NCBI GenBank assembly: GCA_963810935.1
Contig: CAWEPK010000012.1
Location: 64,001-128,000 of the forward strand
Origin: an uncultured delta proteobacterium
GTDB taxonomy: Bacteria; Desulfobacterota; Syntrophorhabdia; Syntrophorhabdales; WCHB1-27
Direction of reading: 5' to 3'
DNA: 64,000 nucleotides
Part shown: positions 18,277-27,874 of the stretch, in pieces
How the letters are laid out: each line of letters begins with the position of its first letter
Numbering within the stretch: the stretch's first letter is position 1
Notes under the pieces: generated by a model
What the model saw: the letters and a program-made list of their open reading frames with translations, nothing else
What the model was told of the DNA's origin: nothing
The model's database searches: none
Position numbers and translations under genes: made by a program

Positions 18277-18517
18277 AGAACTCCTTTTGTAATATAGAAA
18301 AATAATGATCGGGCGTCAAGCATAATAGTACCCATCACAAACAACGATTCGTTATGTTGACCTTGCTATTGATAATGTCGGTGCTTACAATTATTTAAAT
18401 AGAATATGCGCGGTTACCAATTTATCCGGGACTGAACGATGCCCTGAAACACGCGAGACCGAGCCCGCATGATCGGCAAAAAAACAACCAAAAGGAATAA
18501 AACAGGGGGACACTAGT

Positions 18518-18793
18518 ATGGACGGCGTTAAATTGTATGTCGGGAATCTGAGCTATGCAGTGACGAACGAGCAGCTTAAGGAGCTCTTCACCCAGTACGG
18601 GGAGGTCAACCAGGCCAATGTCATCGAGGGCAAAGGGTTTGGCTTCGTCGAGATGGCCACTTCCGAGGGCGCTGAAAAAGCAAAGACGGAGCTGAACGGC
18701 ACCGACTTCAAAGGCAGGGCCTTGAGGATCGAGGAAGCCAGGCCGCAGAAGCCCAGGCAGCAAAGCAGCAGGGGCTACGGCGGCAAGTACTAG
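18518..18793 (+). CDS. RRM RNA-binding protein
   Basis: RNP2 LYVGNL and RNP1 KGFGFVEM. Confidence 0.95.
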   Translation: MDGVKLYVGNLSYAVTNEQLKELFTQYGEVNQANVIEGKGFGFVEMATSEGAEKAKTELNGTDFKGRALRIEEARPQKPRQQSSRGYGGKY

Positions 18794-18852
18794 GCCGCGA
18801 AAGGGCGCCGCACCCGGCCGCGCATCGCGCGTGCCGGCCGGGCACGCCTGCA

Positions 18853-19773
18853 TTACGACAGGTGGGCGCTGCTGAAGACGGGCGCAGGGGCTGCGACGCG
18901 ACCGGCGCTTTCCAGCGTATCCCTCGTCTCCATGAGGGGGAGATAGACCGAGAGAGTCGTGCCGAGCCCAGGCTCGCTGGTTACGTTAATCGAGCCGCTG
19001 TGCTGCTTGATTATCCCGTGCGCTACGGACAGACCGAGCCCCGCTGACGTAGCCGGGTCCTTGGTCGTGAAGAAAGGGTCGAATATCCGCCGTCTCACCT
19101 CATCGCTCATCCCCAAGCCTGTATCGGTAAAGGAGATCACGGCGCACTTCCACTCGCCCGCTCCGTTATCCGCGGGCGCCCCGCCGACGCGCAGCTCCTT
19201 CGTCTCGACCGTAAGCGTCCCTCCTGCGGCCATTGCGTCGCGCGCGTTCGCCGCGACGTTCATCACCACCTGCTCCAGTTGAACGGGGTCCGCAAAGACC
19301 TGGAGCCGCCTGCCGCTCAGCCGCGTCCGGAAATCGATTCCTTCCCCTACGACGCGGGCGACCAGCCTGCCCGCCCTCCTTATCACGTCGTTGACGTCCG
19401 TACGCTTCGGACGGGCCACCTGCTTCCTCGCGAAAGCGAGAAGGCCCCTCGTCAGGGTGGCTACCTTTTCCGAGGAGGCAAGTATGCGCTGCACGTACGA
19501 TCTCATCGGGTCTTTCTCGTCGAGCTCCTGGTTCATGTAGCCGCCGTAACCCATAACCAGGGCGAGCACGCGGCCGTAATCCTGGGCGATCCCGTCCGCT
19601 AACTGGCCTGCCGCCTCCATCGTGCGCAGATGATCCGGCAGCCCCGCGTCCTCTCCGGTCGCCTGCCCCTTCGGCCTCCCGTCCGGCCTGTGCCCGTTCC
19701 CTGCAATGACCCGGCAGTACGCGTCTGCCAGCGCCTTCCTCAAGCGGTCGCCTTCCCTTTCGCAGTTCTTCAT
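18853..19773 (-). CDS. Histidine kinase-like ATPase with degenerate H-box (His replaced by Gln)
   Basis: GQLADGIAQDYGRVL versus canonical G.LAGGIAHDFNNLL; intact N-box NARDAM, DTGLGM, FDPFFTTK, GLGLS. Confidence 0.8.
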   Translation of the reverse strand: MKNCEREGDRLRKALADAYCRVIAGNGHRPDGRPKGQATGEDAGLPDHLRTMEAAGQLADGIAQDYGRVLALVMGYGGYMNQELDEKDPMRSYVQRILASSEKVATLTRGLLAFARKQVARPKRTDVNDVIRRAGRLVARVVGEGIDFRTRLSGRRLQVFADPVQLEQVVMNVAANARDAMAAGGTLTVETKELRVGGAPADNGAGEWKCAVISFTDTGLGMSDEVRRRIFDPFFTTKDPATSAGLGLSVAHGIIKQHSGSINVTSEPGLGTTLSVYLPLMETRDTLESAGRVAAPAPVFSSAHLS

Positions 19774-19938
19774 TAAAACCTCCAAAAAAAACTCTTCCCG
19801 TGCTCCAAGCGTGCTTTTTACCGTCTTCGCAAGGCGCCCGGCCGGCCGGCCTTTTCGGGCCTCTTCCGTCGCGGACCACCCCGTCCTGTCCGCCGGAGGA
19901 GTTCCTGCGGACTTTAATCGCGTGCTCCGGTTGTCTCT

Positions 19939-20430
19939 TTAGTCCCTGCCCTCTTGTGACGCGAGCTTCTTGTAGTGCGGTTGCGGTCCAATCGCAGCGG
20001 GGCCGGCATGCGTCCGGCCGCCGCCGGACTCCCCTATTTTCCTTTGGTAATAGAACCCGCCGATCATCTTGCCCAGCACAGCCGTAACCTCTCTGAAATC
20101 GCTGTCGGTATAACTGAGGAAACGCGGTCTCAGGCTGTGGCCGATGGCGACCGTCGGATCTTCTCTATCGGGGAGGACCAGTATGAAGCGAACATCGTAC
20201 AGCAGGTGACTGATGGAAAGTATCGTGAGAAGATCGTTATCGCTCGCTGCAAGGATGACGGCGATCGGGATGTCGTCCATCGGTTTCCGCAGCCTGTCCG
20301 AAAAATTTTCCAGGCTTGTATAGACCTCCAGCTTCTCTTCAGGCACCAGATCGCGGATGACCGTTTGGAGCCGTTCGCCCGCTTCGCCGGTAGAATATAA
20401 AAGCACCGTCATCGTCCTTCTCTTCTCCAT
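19939..20430 (-). CDS. Hypothetical protein, possibly receiver-like alpha/beta fold
   Basis: Alternating hydrophobic strands and helices (TVLLY, IAVIL, FILVLP, RPRFLS); no canonical acidic pocket. Confidence 0.6.
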   Translation of the reverse strand: MEKRRTMTVLLYSTGEAGERLQTVIRDLVPEEKLEVYTSLENFSDRLRKPMDDIPIAVILAASDNDLLTILSISHLLYDVRFILVLPDREDPTVAIGHSLRPRFLSYTDSDFREVTAVLGKMIGGFYYQRKIGESGGGRTHAGPAAIGPQPHYKKLASQEGRD

Positions 20431-20452
20431 GCGTGCCTCTACCCCCTGCATG

Positions 20453-20468
20453 TTCAAGAAGTGTGCCA
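20453..20468 (-). promoter_or_regulatory. Sigma54 (-24/-12)-like promoter
   Basis: Minus strand TGGCACACTTCTTGAA (TGGCAC-N5-TTGA; GA instead of GC at -12), 22 bp upstream of the ATG at 20430. Confidence 0.55.
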
Positions 20469-20576
20469 AAAAAGTCGATTTTCGCCGGATGCCCTATTGA
20501 CGCCCGTTGCGCGGGAAGCGGCTCCCTCCGGACTGCGTGCGCTTCCAAAGCGGCGTCCTGTTTATGAAACAGTCCT

Positions 20577-20633
20577 GTCTTGCGCTGCAAGACGATGTCT
20601 CATCGCAGGAGACTGCGTCTCGCACAGGGAGAC
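20577..20633. promoter_or_regulatory. Three phased palindromes GTCTY-N7-RAGAC, candidate enhancer-binding-protein sites
   Basis: gtcttgcgctgcaagac (20577), gtctcatcgcaggagac (20597), gtctcgcacagggagac (20617); exact 20-bp period. Confidence 0.7.
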
Positions 20634-20648
20634 ACAAACTGGATAAAT

Positions 20649-20864
20649 TTACGAAAACAGAAAGGGTTCTTCGTCGCCGATGCCAAGGGCCTCCAACATC
20701 GCCCTGACGCACGCCATGTGGGCGGGGCCGGGCATCGTCACCCCTCCGGGCGGAGGGTTGCCAAGGAGCGTGACGGCCGAATCGAAGATCGATATGCTCG
20801 TACAGAGGATACGGTAAATGCCGGGGTCCGGAAACGGCTCAGCGTCTTTTTGCACTTGCTTCAT
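20649..20864 (-). CDS. Small hypothetical protein (71 aa)
   Basis: ATG preceded by GGGGAG; no recognisable motif. Confidence 0.35.
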   Translation of the reverse strand: MKQVQKDAEPFPDPGIYRILCTSISIFDSAVTLLGNPPPGGVTMPGPAHMACVRAMLEALGIGDEEPFLFS

Positions 20865-21162
20865 ATGTACTCCCCGCGACGCACGCTGTTGTGGACAGAT
20901 ACTAAGTAATTTCCTTAAACATAGTGCCCGCGACCTCCAAAAGCAAGGAAGCCGGAGAAAAACGAGCGCACGTGCGAGTCCGGCCCCAAAAAACATCAGT
21001 TTAGCCTTTTTGCTCCCTATCGCTTCCTGCTGACAACCGGCCCAATTCCCGCGCCAGTCGCCATAATTGGGCCCATAGAGCCATCTTGCTTCTTGACTAG
21101 CCCCCCGAGCAGCGGCTATATTGTGCCCGGCCGTAACCTGGCGGCGCAACAGGAGAAACATC

Positions 21163-22500
21163 ATGAGAACCGCTCATATAACAGGCATACCGGGCAGGTG
21201 GGAATCCCAGCCGCGCCCCGGCCTGCTGCCTTCGATTAAAGACCGCGTCGACAAAATGATGGCGGGCCCGGAGGACGAAGCCGACGCAGGCACGCCTGCC
21301 CGCACGTCCCGTAAGCTCCTCTGGATCGAGGGCCTTCTTTCCAATGCGTCGGAGTCCTTCGTGACCAACTTCCTGGCGCCCTTCGCCCTTACTTTCGGCG
21401 CGACGAACGCCCAGATAGGCTCGCTCGCCTCCGCCACCAACGTGGCCTCCGCTTTCGGCCTGCTTCCGGGTGCAAGGCTGGAAGAACAATTCGGCTGCCG
21501 GAAGCGCATCTTCATGATCTCTACGGGCGTCCTCGGCAGGCTCTTTCTCTTCGCGCTGGTCTTAATGCCTTTTTTCTTCCATATGTCGATGATGTTCTAC
21601 GGCCTGATGGCGGTCGTCGCTTTCAGGGGTTTCCTGAACCAGCTAGGTTATCCCGCCTGGTCAACCCTCGTGACAGACATCGTGCCCGAGCGGATAAGGG
21701 GCAGGTACTTCGGCTCCCGCAATATGGCGGTTGGCCTGGCCGGGCTCCTCTGCGCCCCGCTGGCCGGTTATCTCATAAAGGCGACCGGGGCCGCCGGATA
21801 CCGGGTAAGCTTCCTCATATCGGCAGCGACGGGCTTTGCGGCAACGGCAGTCTTCGCCTTCATAAAAGAGCCGAAAAAGGCCCGCCTGTGCGAAAAAACG
21901 CGGAAACCGGCGCTGGGCCTCGTCTCCATTTTCAAGGAGCACCCGCAGTTTGCCGCCTTTACCGCCATAGGCTTCATCCTCCATCTCTCGCTCCAGGTGT
22001 CCGGCCCCTTCAACGCCGTTTACCAGATACAGGTCCTGGGGGCAAATACGGCCCACATAGGCATCCTGGGCTCGATAGGCGCGCTGACCGGCATGATCGG
22101 CCAGAAGATATGGGGGGCGCAGAACGACCGGAAGAGCGACGTCTGGGTCCTCCGGATCACGCATTTCCTGATCCCCGGCACCTCCCTGGCATGGGCCTTA
22201 ACGCCTAGCTGGTCATACCTGCCCGCAGTGGAGGCAATCAGCGGGTTCGCCTGGGCCGGCTACTGGCTTTCGAATTTCAACCTCCTCCTCCGCATGGCGC
22301 CCGACGAGCACCGCTCGCGCTTCGTGGCCGTCTACCAGTCGGCAGTGGCCGTGGCATCTTTCATGGGGCCGGTGCTAGGTGGTATACTTGTCGGTATGAT
22401 AACGTTGAGGGGACTGTACTGGATCTCGGCGGTCGGCCGTCTCGTCGTTTCGATCCTCTTTGCCCTCCTCATAAAGAATGACAGGGCGGTGGCGCGATGA
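21163..22500 (+). CDS. MFS transporter
   Basis: About 12 hydrophobic segments; PAWS.LV.DIVPERIRGRYFG.R; AGGAG RBS. Confidence 0.88.
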   Translation: MRTAHITGIPGRWESQPRPGLLPSIKDRVDKMMAGPEDEADAGTPARTSRKLLWIEGLLSNASESFVTNFLAPFALTFGATNAQIGSLASATNVASAFGLLPGARLEEQFGCRKRIFMISTGVLGRLFLFALVLMPFFFHMSMMFYGLMAVVAFRGFLNQLGYPAWSTLVTDIVPERIRGRYFGSRNMAVGLAGLLCAPLAGYLIKATGAAGYRVSFLISAATGFAATAVFAFIKEPKKARLCEKTRKPALGLVSIFKEHPQFAAFTAIGFILHLSLQVSGPFNAVYQIQVLGANTAHIGILGSIGALTGMIGQKIWGAQNDRKSDVWVLRITHFLIPGTSLAWALTPSWSYLPAVEAISGFAWAGYWLSNFNLLLRMAPDEHRSRFVAVYQSAVAVASFMGPVLGGILVGMITLRGLYWISAVGRLVVSILFALLIKNDRAVAR

Positions 22501-23021
22501 CAAAGGGCAGGCACGTGGAAAAGCGCTTATTATCGGGCATGCGGGGGCTGCTCGTTGCAGGGCTGCTCGTTGCAGGGCTGCTCGTTGCAGGGCTGCTCGT
22601 CCTGTATTCTACGCCCCTGCTCGCTGCCGGGCCGCTGCCCAGGCAGCGGATCACGTTTGCCCAGTCCGACTTTTTCATCCTTGCGGAGAGGGCCGATACA
22701 TACACGTCCAGGTCCAGGGGCCTCATGTACCGGAAATCCCTGGGCGATGCCGAGGCTATGCTGTTCTGCTTCGAGAGTTCCTCCCGGCAGACCTTCTGGA
22801 TGTACCATACCCTCATACCGCTCACCGTCATTTTCCTCGACGATACGCTCAAGATCGTTGATATGCAGCACATGGAGCCGTGCCGCTCGAACGATGAAGC
22901 CGCCTGCCCCGTTTACACGTCGTCGGCCCCCGCCCGCTATGCCATCGAGGTCAACCAGGATTTCGCCGGCAAGCACCGCATAAAGATCGGCGACCGGGTC
23001 GAGCTGGGAGAAATTAGGTAA
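22497..23021 (+). CDS. DUF192 family exported protein
   Basis: E.ADT...R.RGLMYR..L...MLF.F, FWM..T.IPL.VIFLD, YAIEVN. Confidence 0.88.
   Translation: MTKGRHVEKRLLSGMRGLLVAGLLVAGLLVAGLLVLYSTPLLAAGPLPRQRITFAQSDFFILAERADTYTSRSRGLMYRKSLGDAEAMLFCFESSSRQTFWMYHTLIPLTVIFLDDTLKIVDMQHMEPCRSNDEAACPVYTSSAPARYAIEVNQDFAGKHRIKIGDRVELGEIR
22545..22600 (+). repeat. 15-bp tandem repeat (gggctgctcgttgca x3.7)
   Basis: Perfect copies encoding (GLLVA)3-GLLV in the N-terminal hydrophobic region. Confidence 0.95.
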
Positions 23022-23044
23022 CAAAAAGTCAGGACCGTGGTATA

Positions 23045-23770
23045 ATGAATAAAAGGCAAAATACGGGGGCCAAAGACCCGGCAGGAGACCGCGAGAACGG
23101 AGGGCTAAAGCCTTTGACAAGGGTCATCTCGGAAGCGGGAATTCCTCGCCCTCGTTGCGGCGCTGCGGCGGGCTTCACCCTGGTGGAGGTCATCCTGGCC
23201 GTCGCCCTGTCGGCGCTCCTCCTGACTATCCTCTATACTACGTATTTCTCGATAAACCGGTCGATATCGGCGGCTACGGAGAGCAGGGACGCCCTGGATA
23301 CGGGAAGGGCCCTGACGGAGCTTTTAAAACGGGACATACGGGCCATGAACACTATCAGCTACCCGTTCGTAGCAAAAAATATAGAGATAGACGGCCGCCA
23401 GTACTGCGACCTGGAATTCGTCACAAACGCCATGTCGCACGCGGAACCGCTCAAGCTCAGGAGGGTCGAGTACAGTATGGTCCTTGCCGACAGGCAAAAG
23501 GTGTTGGTGCGCAAGGAATCGACGGACCTCGTCGATTTCCTCGACAGGCCGCCCGCAGACAACCCGCCGAGGATACTGGAAGTATCGCGCATCATTACGG
23601 GCTTTGCCGCCGAGTTCTACAACGGCACGCAATGGATGCCGACGTGGGATTCGGGCGTAGGCGGGACGCTCCCCAAGCAGGTAAGGATCATTATCGACGT
23701 CGCTGACACTAAGGGGACCAGCAGGCGGTTCGTGGCGGAGGAGGCAATCCAGAGTGCAGCAGCGCAATAA
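23045..23770 (+). CDS. gspJ: T2SS minor pseudopilin GspJ
   Basis: GFTLVEV prepilin motif; W...WDS....LPKQVRI; directly upstream of gspK. Confidence 0.8.
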   Translation: MNKRQNTGAKDPAGDRENGGLKPLTRVISEAGIPRPRCGAAAGFTLVEVILAVALSALLLTILYTTYFSINRSISAATESRDALDTGRALTELLKRDIRAMNTISYPFVAKNIEIDGRQYCDLEFVTNAMSHAEPLKLRRVEYSMVLADRQKVLVRKESTDLVDFLDRPPADNPPRILEVSRIITGFAAEFYNGTQWMPTWDSGVGGTLPKQVRIIIDVADTKGTSRRFVAEEAIQSAAAQ

Positions 23771-24792
23771 CGAAGGCTTCATACTCATTACCGTGCTGCT
23801 CGTGATAGCGGTGCTTTTCCCGCTTATCCTCATGTTCAACGCCAAGGTGCAGCTCAACCTCATCCAGGCGGAGAATTTCAGGAACTCCGTCCAGGCGATC
23901 CGCATGGCGCGCTCCGGCGTCGAAGGAGCCATAGGCATCTTGAAACAGGACGACGCGAGCTTCGATTCGAAGAGGGACAAATGGGCCTCCCCCTTCCCCG
24001 GCCTCTCCCTCGGCAACGGCATTCTTGCGGTAACGATCAACGACGAGGACGCAAAGATCCCGATCAACAACCTGGTTGGGACAGTCAAGGATAACTCGGC
24101 CCAGACGGCCGCTGCCCAGGGGACGACGGGCTCTTCGACGCAGGCGGCGGCACAATCGACAACCGGCAAGGTCGTCAACGACCAGATAGACCAGGACCTG
24201 AACGCGCGCCTCCGGGCCCTCATCACTAAGCTCGGCGGTAAGCCGGAGATTGTCGATGCCCTTATCGACTGGATGGACTCGAACAATGAAGTGACGGGGA
24301 GCGAAGGCGCGGAGGACGATTATTACAGGCAGAAGGGCTACCGCTGCAAGAACGGGCCTCTCGACTCCATAGAAGAGCCTCTCCCTCGTCAAGGGGTTCG
24401 ACAAAGAGCTGCTGGTGGACAAGGACCTGAAGAGCTACCTGACCGTAGCGCCGACGGACGGCAAGGTGAACGCCAATACATCGTCGCTCATGGTCCTCCA
24501 GACCGTGCTCGAAACCCGGACCACAGGGCTCGCCCAACCCCTGCCCGACGGAGACGTGCAGGACCTCGTCCGCTACAGGGACGAGCACGACCTGAAAACC
24601 ATGAACGACCTCACTGCCGCGGTAAAGATAAGCCAGACCCAGGCTGCGACCATCACGCCCCTCGTAAAGGTTAACTCCACTTACTTTAATGTCCGCAGCA
24701 GGTATACTATAGGCAGGGTGGTAAAGAACGTTGAGGCCCTTCTGAAAAGAGATTCTTCGACGGTGACGACCATTTCATGGAGGGAATTTTGA
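23754..24792 (+). CDS. gspK: T2SS minor pseudopilin GspK; +1 frameshift near 24380
   Basis: GFILITVL (no E5), DEDAKIPIN, ALIDWMD, KNGPLDS.EEL, KVNANT; two ORFs join. Confidence 0.88.
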
Positions 24793-26093
24793 GAAAGAGA
24801 GGCGCGGCTATAATTCAGCGAAACAGCGGCTGGTGCGGAGTAACGCTCTCGGCGCGGGATGGGAAGATAGCCGACTTGAAGGTCCAGGAGAAAGACGACC
24901 TTTCCGCGCTCCAGGCAGAGCTGGCCGAAGTGGGATACGGCATCGCCGTCGATAACGGCTCGGGGTACCTCTTTACCCTCACCTTCCCATTCACGGACAG
25001 GCGGAGGATAAGGATGGTCATAGGAGGAGAGCTGGAGGAGAGGCTCCCCGTCTCCGTCGAGGACCTGACAATCGATTTCATGGAGGCGGCGAAAGGCACC
25101 GTGCTGGCCGCCGCAGTCCCCAGGTCGCTCACGGATACCATCGCCCAGGACAAGCACGTGCGCATAACGACGATGCAGGCGATAGCGGTCCTGCATGCCC
25201 TCAGGTGGCTCAACGTCGTCTACCACGGGGATTTCGTCTTCCTCCACCAGAACGGGAGCACGATGGTCGTGATGGCCTTCAAGGCCGACCGCCTCTGCTA
25301 CCTCAGGCAGTTCTTCCACACCTCCCAATCGGACGCCCTCGACGAGGCGTTCAGGGAGATAGCGGAAGACAAGACATTAACCCCGCGCGCGTACTTCATG
25401 GTGAGCGACGCAGCAGACGCGCAGCCCCTGAAGCAGCACCTTGAGCGGACGTTCAATATACGCGTGGAGACGCCTTCGCTGAAGCACATCCTCATGGATG
25501 AATCCGCCGAGGACTGGCTGTGGCCGGCCGTCGGCGCCGCCCTGCTCTCCATCACGCCCAAAGGCAGGATCAACCTGACGGGGGACAGGCGCAACGCCGC
25601 CCTCTTCCTCTTCACCAAGACGGCCCTGTACGGGTCCGTCGCCCTTGCGTGCGCCGGCATCCTTATCACGGCCCTCTTCTCCCTGGACCATTACTTCAAG
25701 GAGAGCGCCTATCAGTTCCTCGTATCGGAGCAGAGCCGGATTTACAGGGTCTCCTTCCCGAAATCGCCCCCCGTGAGGGAGCCGGTTAAGATGTTCCGCG
25801 AAAAGATAAGGCTTTTCGACAAGGAGCCCGGCTCCGTGGCCGTCGGCGCGAACCCGCTGGCCGTCCTCAACGAGATCAGCGCAAAAATCGGGCCCGAAAT
25901 AGACGTCAAGCTAAACGAGTTCACATCCGACGAGAAGGAGTTCTCCATGACGGGCACGACCGTCTCCTTCGCATCGATAGAAAAGATAAAGGCGGCCCTC
26001 GAGCAGATAAGGGGGGTCTCGCAGGTGGAGATGGAGAACCTGGACCTTGCGGCAGGCAAGCAGGTGAAATTCAAAATAAGGGGTAGATTATGA
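24789..26093 (+). CDS. gspL: T2SS protein GspL
   Basis: L.FPF.D...I..VI..ELEE.LP cytoplasmic domain, INL then one TM, periplasmic domain; TTG start after GGAGG. Confidence 0.8.
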   Translation: MRKRGAAIIQRNSGWCGVTLSARDGKIADLKVQEKDDLSALQAELAEVGYGIAVDNGSGYLFTLTFPFTDRRRIRMVIGGELEERLPVSVEDLTIDFMEAAKGTVLAAAVPRSLTDTIAQDKHVRITTMQAIAVLHALRWLNVVYHGDFVFLHQNGSTMVVMAFKADRLCYLRQFFHTSQSDALDEAFREIAEDKTLTPRAYFMVSDAADAQPLKQHLERTFNIRVETPSLKHILMDESAEDWLWPAVGAALLSITPKGRINLTGDRRNAALFLFTKTALYGSVALACAGILITALFSLDHYFKESAYQFLVSEQSRIYRVSFPKSPPVREPVKMFREKIRLFDKEPGSVAVGANPLAVLNEISAKIGPEIDVKLNEFTSDEKEFSMTGTTVSFASIEKIKAALEQIRGVSQVEMENLDLAAGKQVKFKIRGRL

Positions 26094-26608
26094 ACGTCCC
26101 CGAAAGGCTGCGCGCCGTCCCGCAAAATATCTGGGTCATCGTCTTCATCGGCGTTTTCGCCATCTCGGCCCTTTTCGCCTATTTCACGAGCGAGGACACG
26201 CGCGTCCTCGAAAAGAGAATACAGTCGAGGCAGAAGGATTACGCCGAGGTGCTTCAATTGAAAGACATATACGAAGCCAGGAAGCGCGCAGCCGACAGGG
26301 CCGTGCAGGGGCACGTCGAGAAGCGCCCTGTGACGCTGGCTTCGGTAGAGGAGCTGGTGGGTAAGACATTCGTCGGGGGCGCCCTCTCGACCCTTCATCC
26401 GGTGACAGAGAAGGGCGACAAGGGCGCGCAGCAGATGGCCGTCGAGATAAAGATGATCAACGTGCCCCTCGGTGAAGTGATCTCGTTCGTCAAGAACGCA
26501 GAAGCGTACGGCTTCGCTGTGGGCAAGCTGCGGCTCTCCCTGCCGGCGAACAATACCGGTGCGCTTGAGATGCAGGCCACCGTGATGGAGAGGCGCTCAA
26601 ATGGTTAA
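26090..26608 (+). CDS. gspM: T2SS protein GspM
   Basis: N-terminal TM, coiled coil, ferredoxin-like C-terminus; lies between L and N. Confidence 0.7.
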   Translation: MNVPERLRAVPQNIWVIVFIGVFAISALFAYFTSEDTRVLEKRIQSRQKDYAEVLQLKDIYEARKRAADRAVQGHVEKRPVTLASVEELVGKTFVGGALSTLHPVTEKGDKGAQQMAVEIKMINVPLGEVISFVKNAEAYGFAVGKLRLSLPANNTGALEMQATVMERRSNG

Positions 26609-27695
26609 GCGAAAAGACCTTCCCTTTTATGCCTGCGTGCTGGGATGGGCGGTCTTCGTCGCGGCCCTCACCGTCTACCTCTTCTTCCCTTACCAGAAGG
26701 CGCTGCGGCTCGCCCTGCAGAACGTGCTCGGCTCGGGAAGGATCGCGGTTTCAATGGAAGGCGTAACGACGAAGCTGATGGGCATCGGGGCGTCAAGGGT
26801 CTATCTCAAGCCGGACGGGGCAAGAGGGCAGACTGTCCCCTTCGAGCTTTCGAACATCGACATTTTCTGGAACCCCCTGTCGCTTTTGACCGGGAAGCTC
26901 ACGATCCACTCCAAGGCGTCCCTTTACGGCGGCGTGCTTAAATGCGTCCTGCGGGGCTCTCCGATGATGGGGCCCTCCTCGAACCCGAATGTATCCCTCA
27001 CCCTCGAGCATGTGAACCTGGGCGGGTGCCCGGAAGGCGTGCTACCGTGGTTCAAGGGCATGACAGGCATACTCGACGGCGTCATCAAGAAGGAGACGCC
27101 CCCCGGACGGCCGGACAAGCAGGTGGGCTCCTTCCGCCTCAACCTTAAAAGCGGGCAGGTGAAAGACCTTCAGATCGCTAACATGCCGCGCCTCATCATC
27201 CCCTACCAGGAGATCGCAATAGAGGGGAAGATAGACGGGCCGCGGATTAATATCGCGAAGCTGGCCCTGATGAGCGATTTCGTCTCTCTCACCGGGTCGG
27301 GCTTCGTCGAATCGGGAGAGGTCGAGCAGACTATCGACATGAAGCTCTCTTACGAGGGCCGCTCAGCGGCCTTCCCCCTCAAGGGCAAAGGCACCATCAA
27401 CATAACCGGCAGCCAAAGCGCGCCTATAGTTTCCGTTGCCTTCCTGGACGCCCCGAAAGGACCGGAAAACCTGAAGCAGGCTGCGGCGCCGGCGGGCGTG
27501 CCGGCTACACCGGCTGCGGCAGTACAGCCGGGTCAGCGGGTCGTGTCGCCAAGCGTCCTGCCCGGCACGCCGGCAGGGGCGGCGCGGCCGGTTATTCAGC
27601 CTGCCGCGGCCTCCGGTCAGGGGGTGCGGCAGCAGGGCGCGCAAGCGCCTGCTGCGGCAGGGCCGGGAGCACTTCCACGGCGGGACACGCGTTGA
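26601..27695 (+). CDS. gspN: T2SS protein GspN with Pro/Ala-rich tail
   Basis: YLFFPY N-terminal motif, beta-rich body, operon position. Confidence 0.75.
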   Translation: MVKRKDLPFYACVLGWAVFVAALTVYLFFPYQKALRLALQNVLGSGRIAVSMEGVTTKLMGIGASRVYLKPDGARGQTVPFELSNIDIFWNPLSLLTGKLTIHSKASLYGGVLKCVLRGSPMMGPSSNPNVSLTLEHVNLGGCPEGVLPWFKGMTGILDGVIKKETPPGRPDKQVGSFRLNLKSGQVKDLQIANMPRLIIPYQEIAIEGKIDGPRINIAKLALMSDFVSLTGSGFVESGEVEQTIDMKLSYEGRSAAFPLKGKGTINITGSQSAPIVSVAFLDAPKGPENLKQAAAPAGVPATPAAAVQPGQRVVSPSVLPGTPAGAARPVIQPAAASGQGVRQQGAQAPAAAGPGALPRRDTR

Positions 27696-27874
27696 CATCG
27701 TGCGGGTGATAATGGTACCCTATATGTCAAGAACTACAAGAGAATTCGCGAGACAGGGCTACTCGACAACTCCGGCCGCTTCATGCGGTTTGGCCACAAG
27801 GTGCATCGACGCCGGGGCCGGAAAACCGGAAGACGGAAACAAGATCGTAGGAAATCAAGGGCTATCTGAACAAT

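Noticed and set aside
20577..20633. Mini-CRISPR or iteron array
   Set aside because: The units are 17-bp palindromes separated by 3 bp, with no spacers and no rep gene. They fit protein-binding sites better.
27696..27874. 62-aa ORF or structured leader between gspN and gspC
   Set aside because: It overlaps promoter-like boxes, has no RBS or recognisable motif, and shows no convincing structure.
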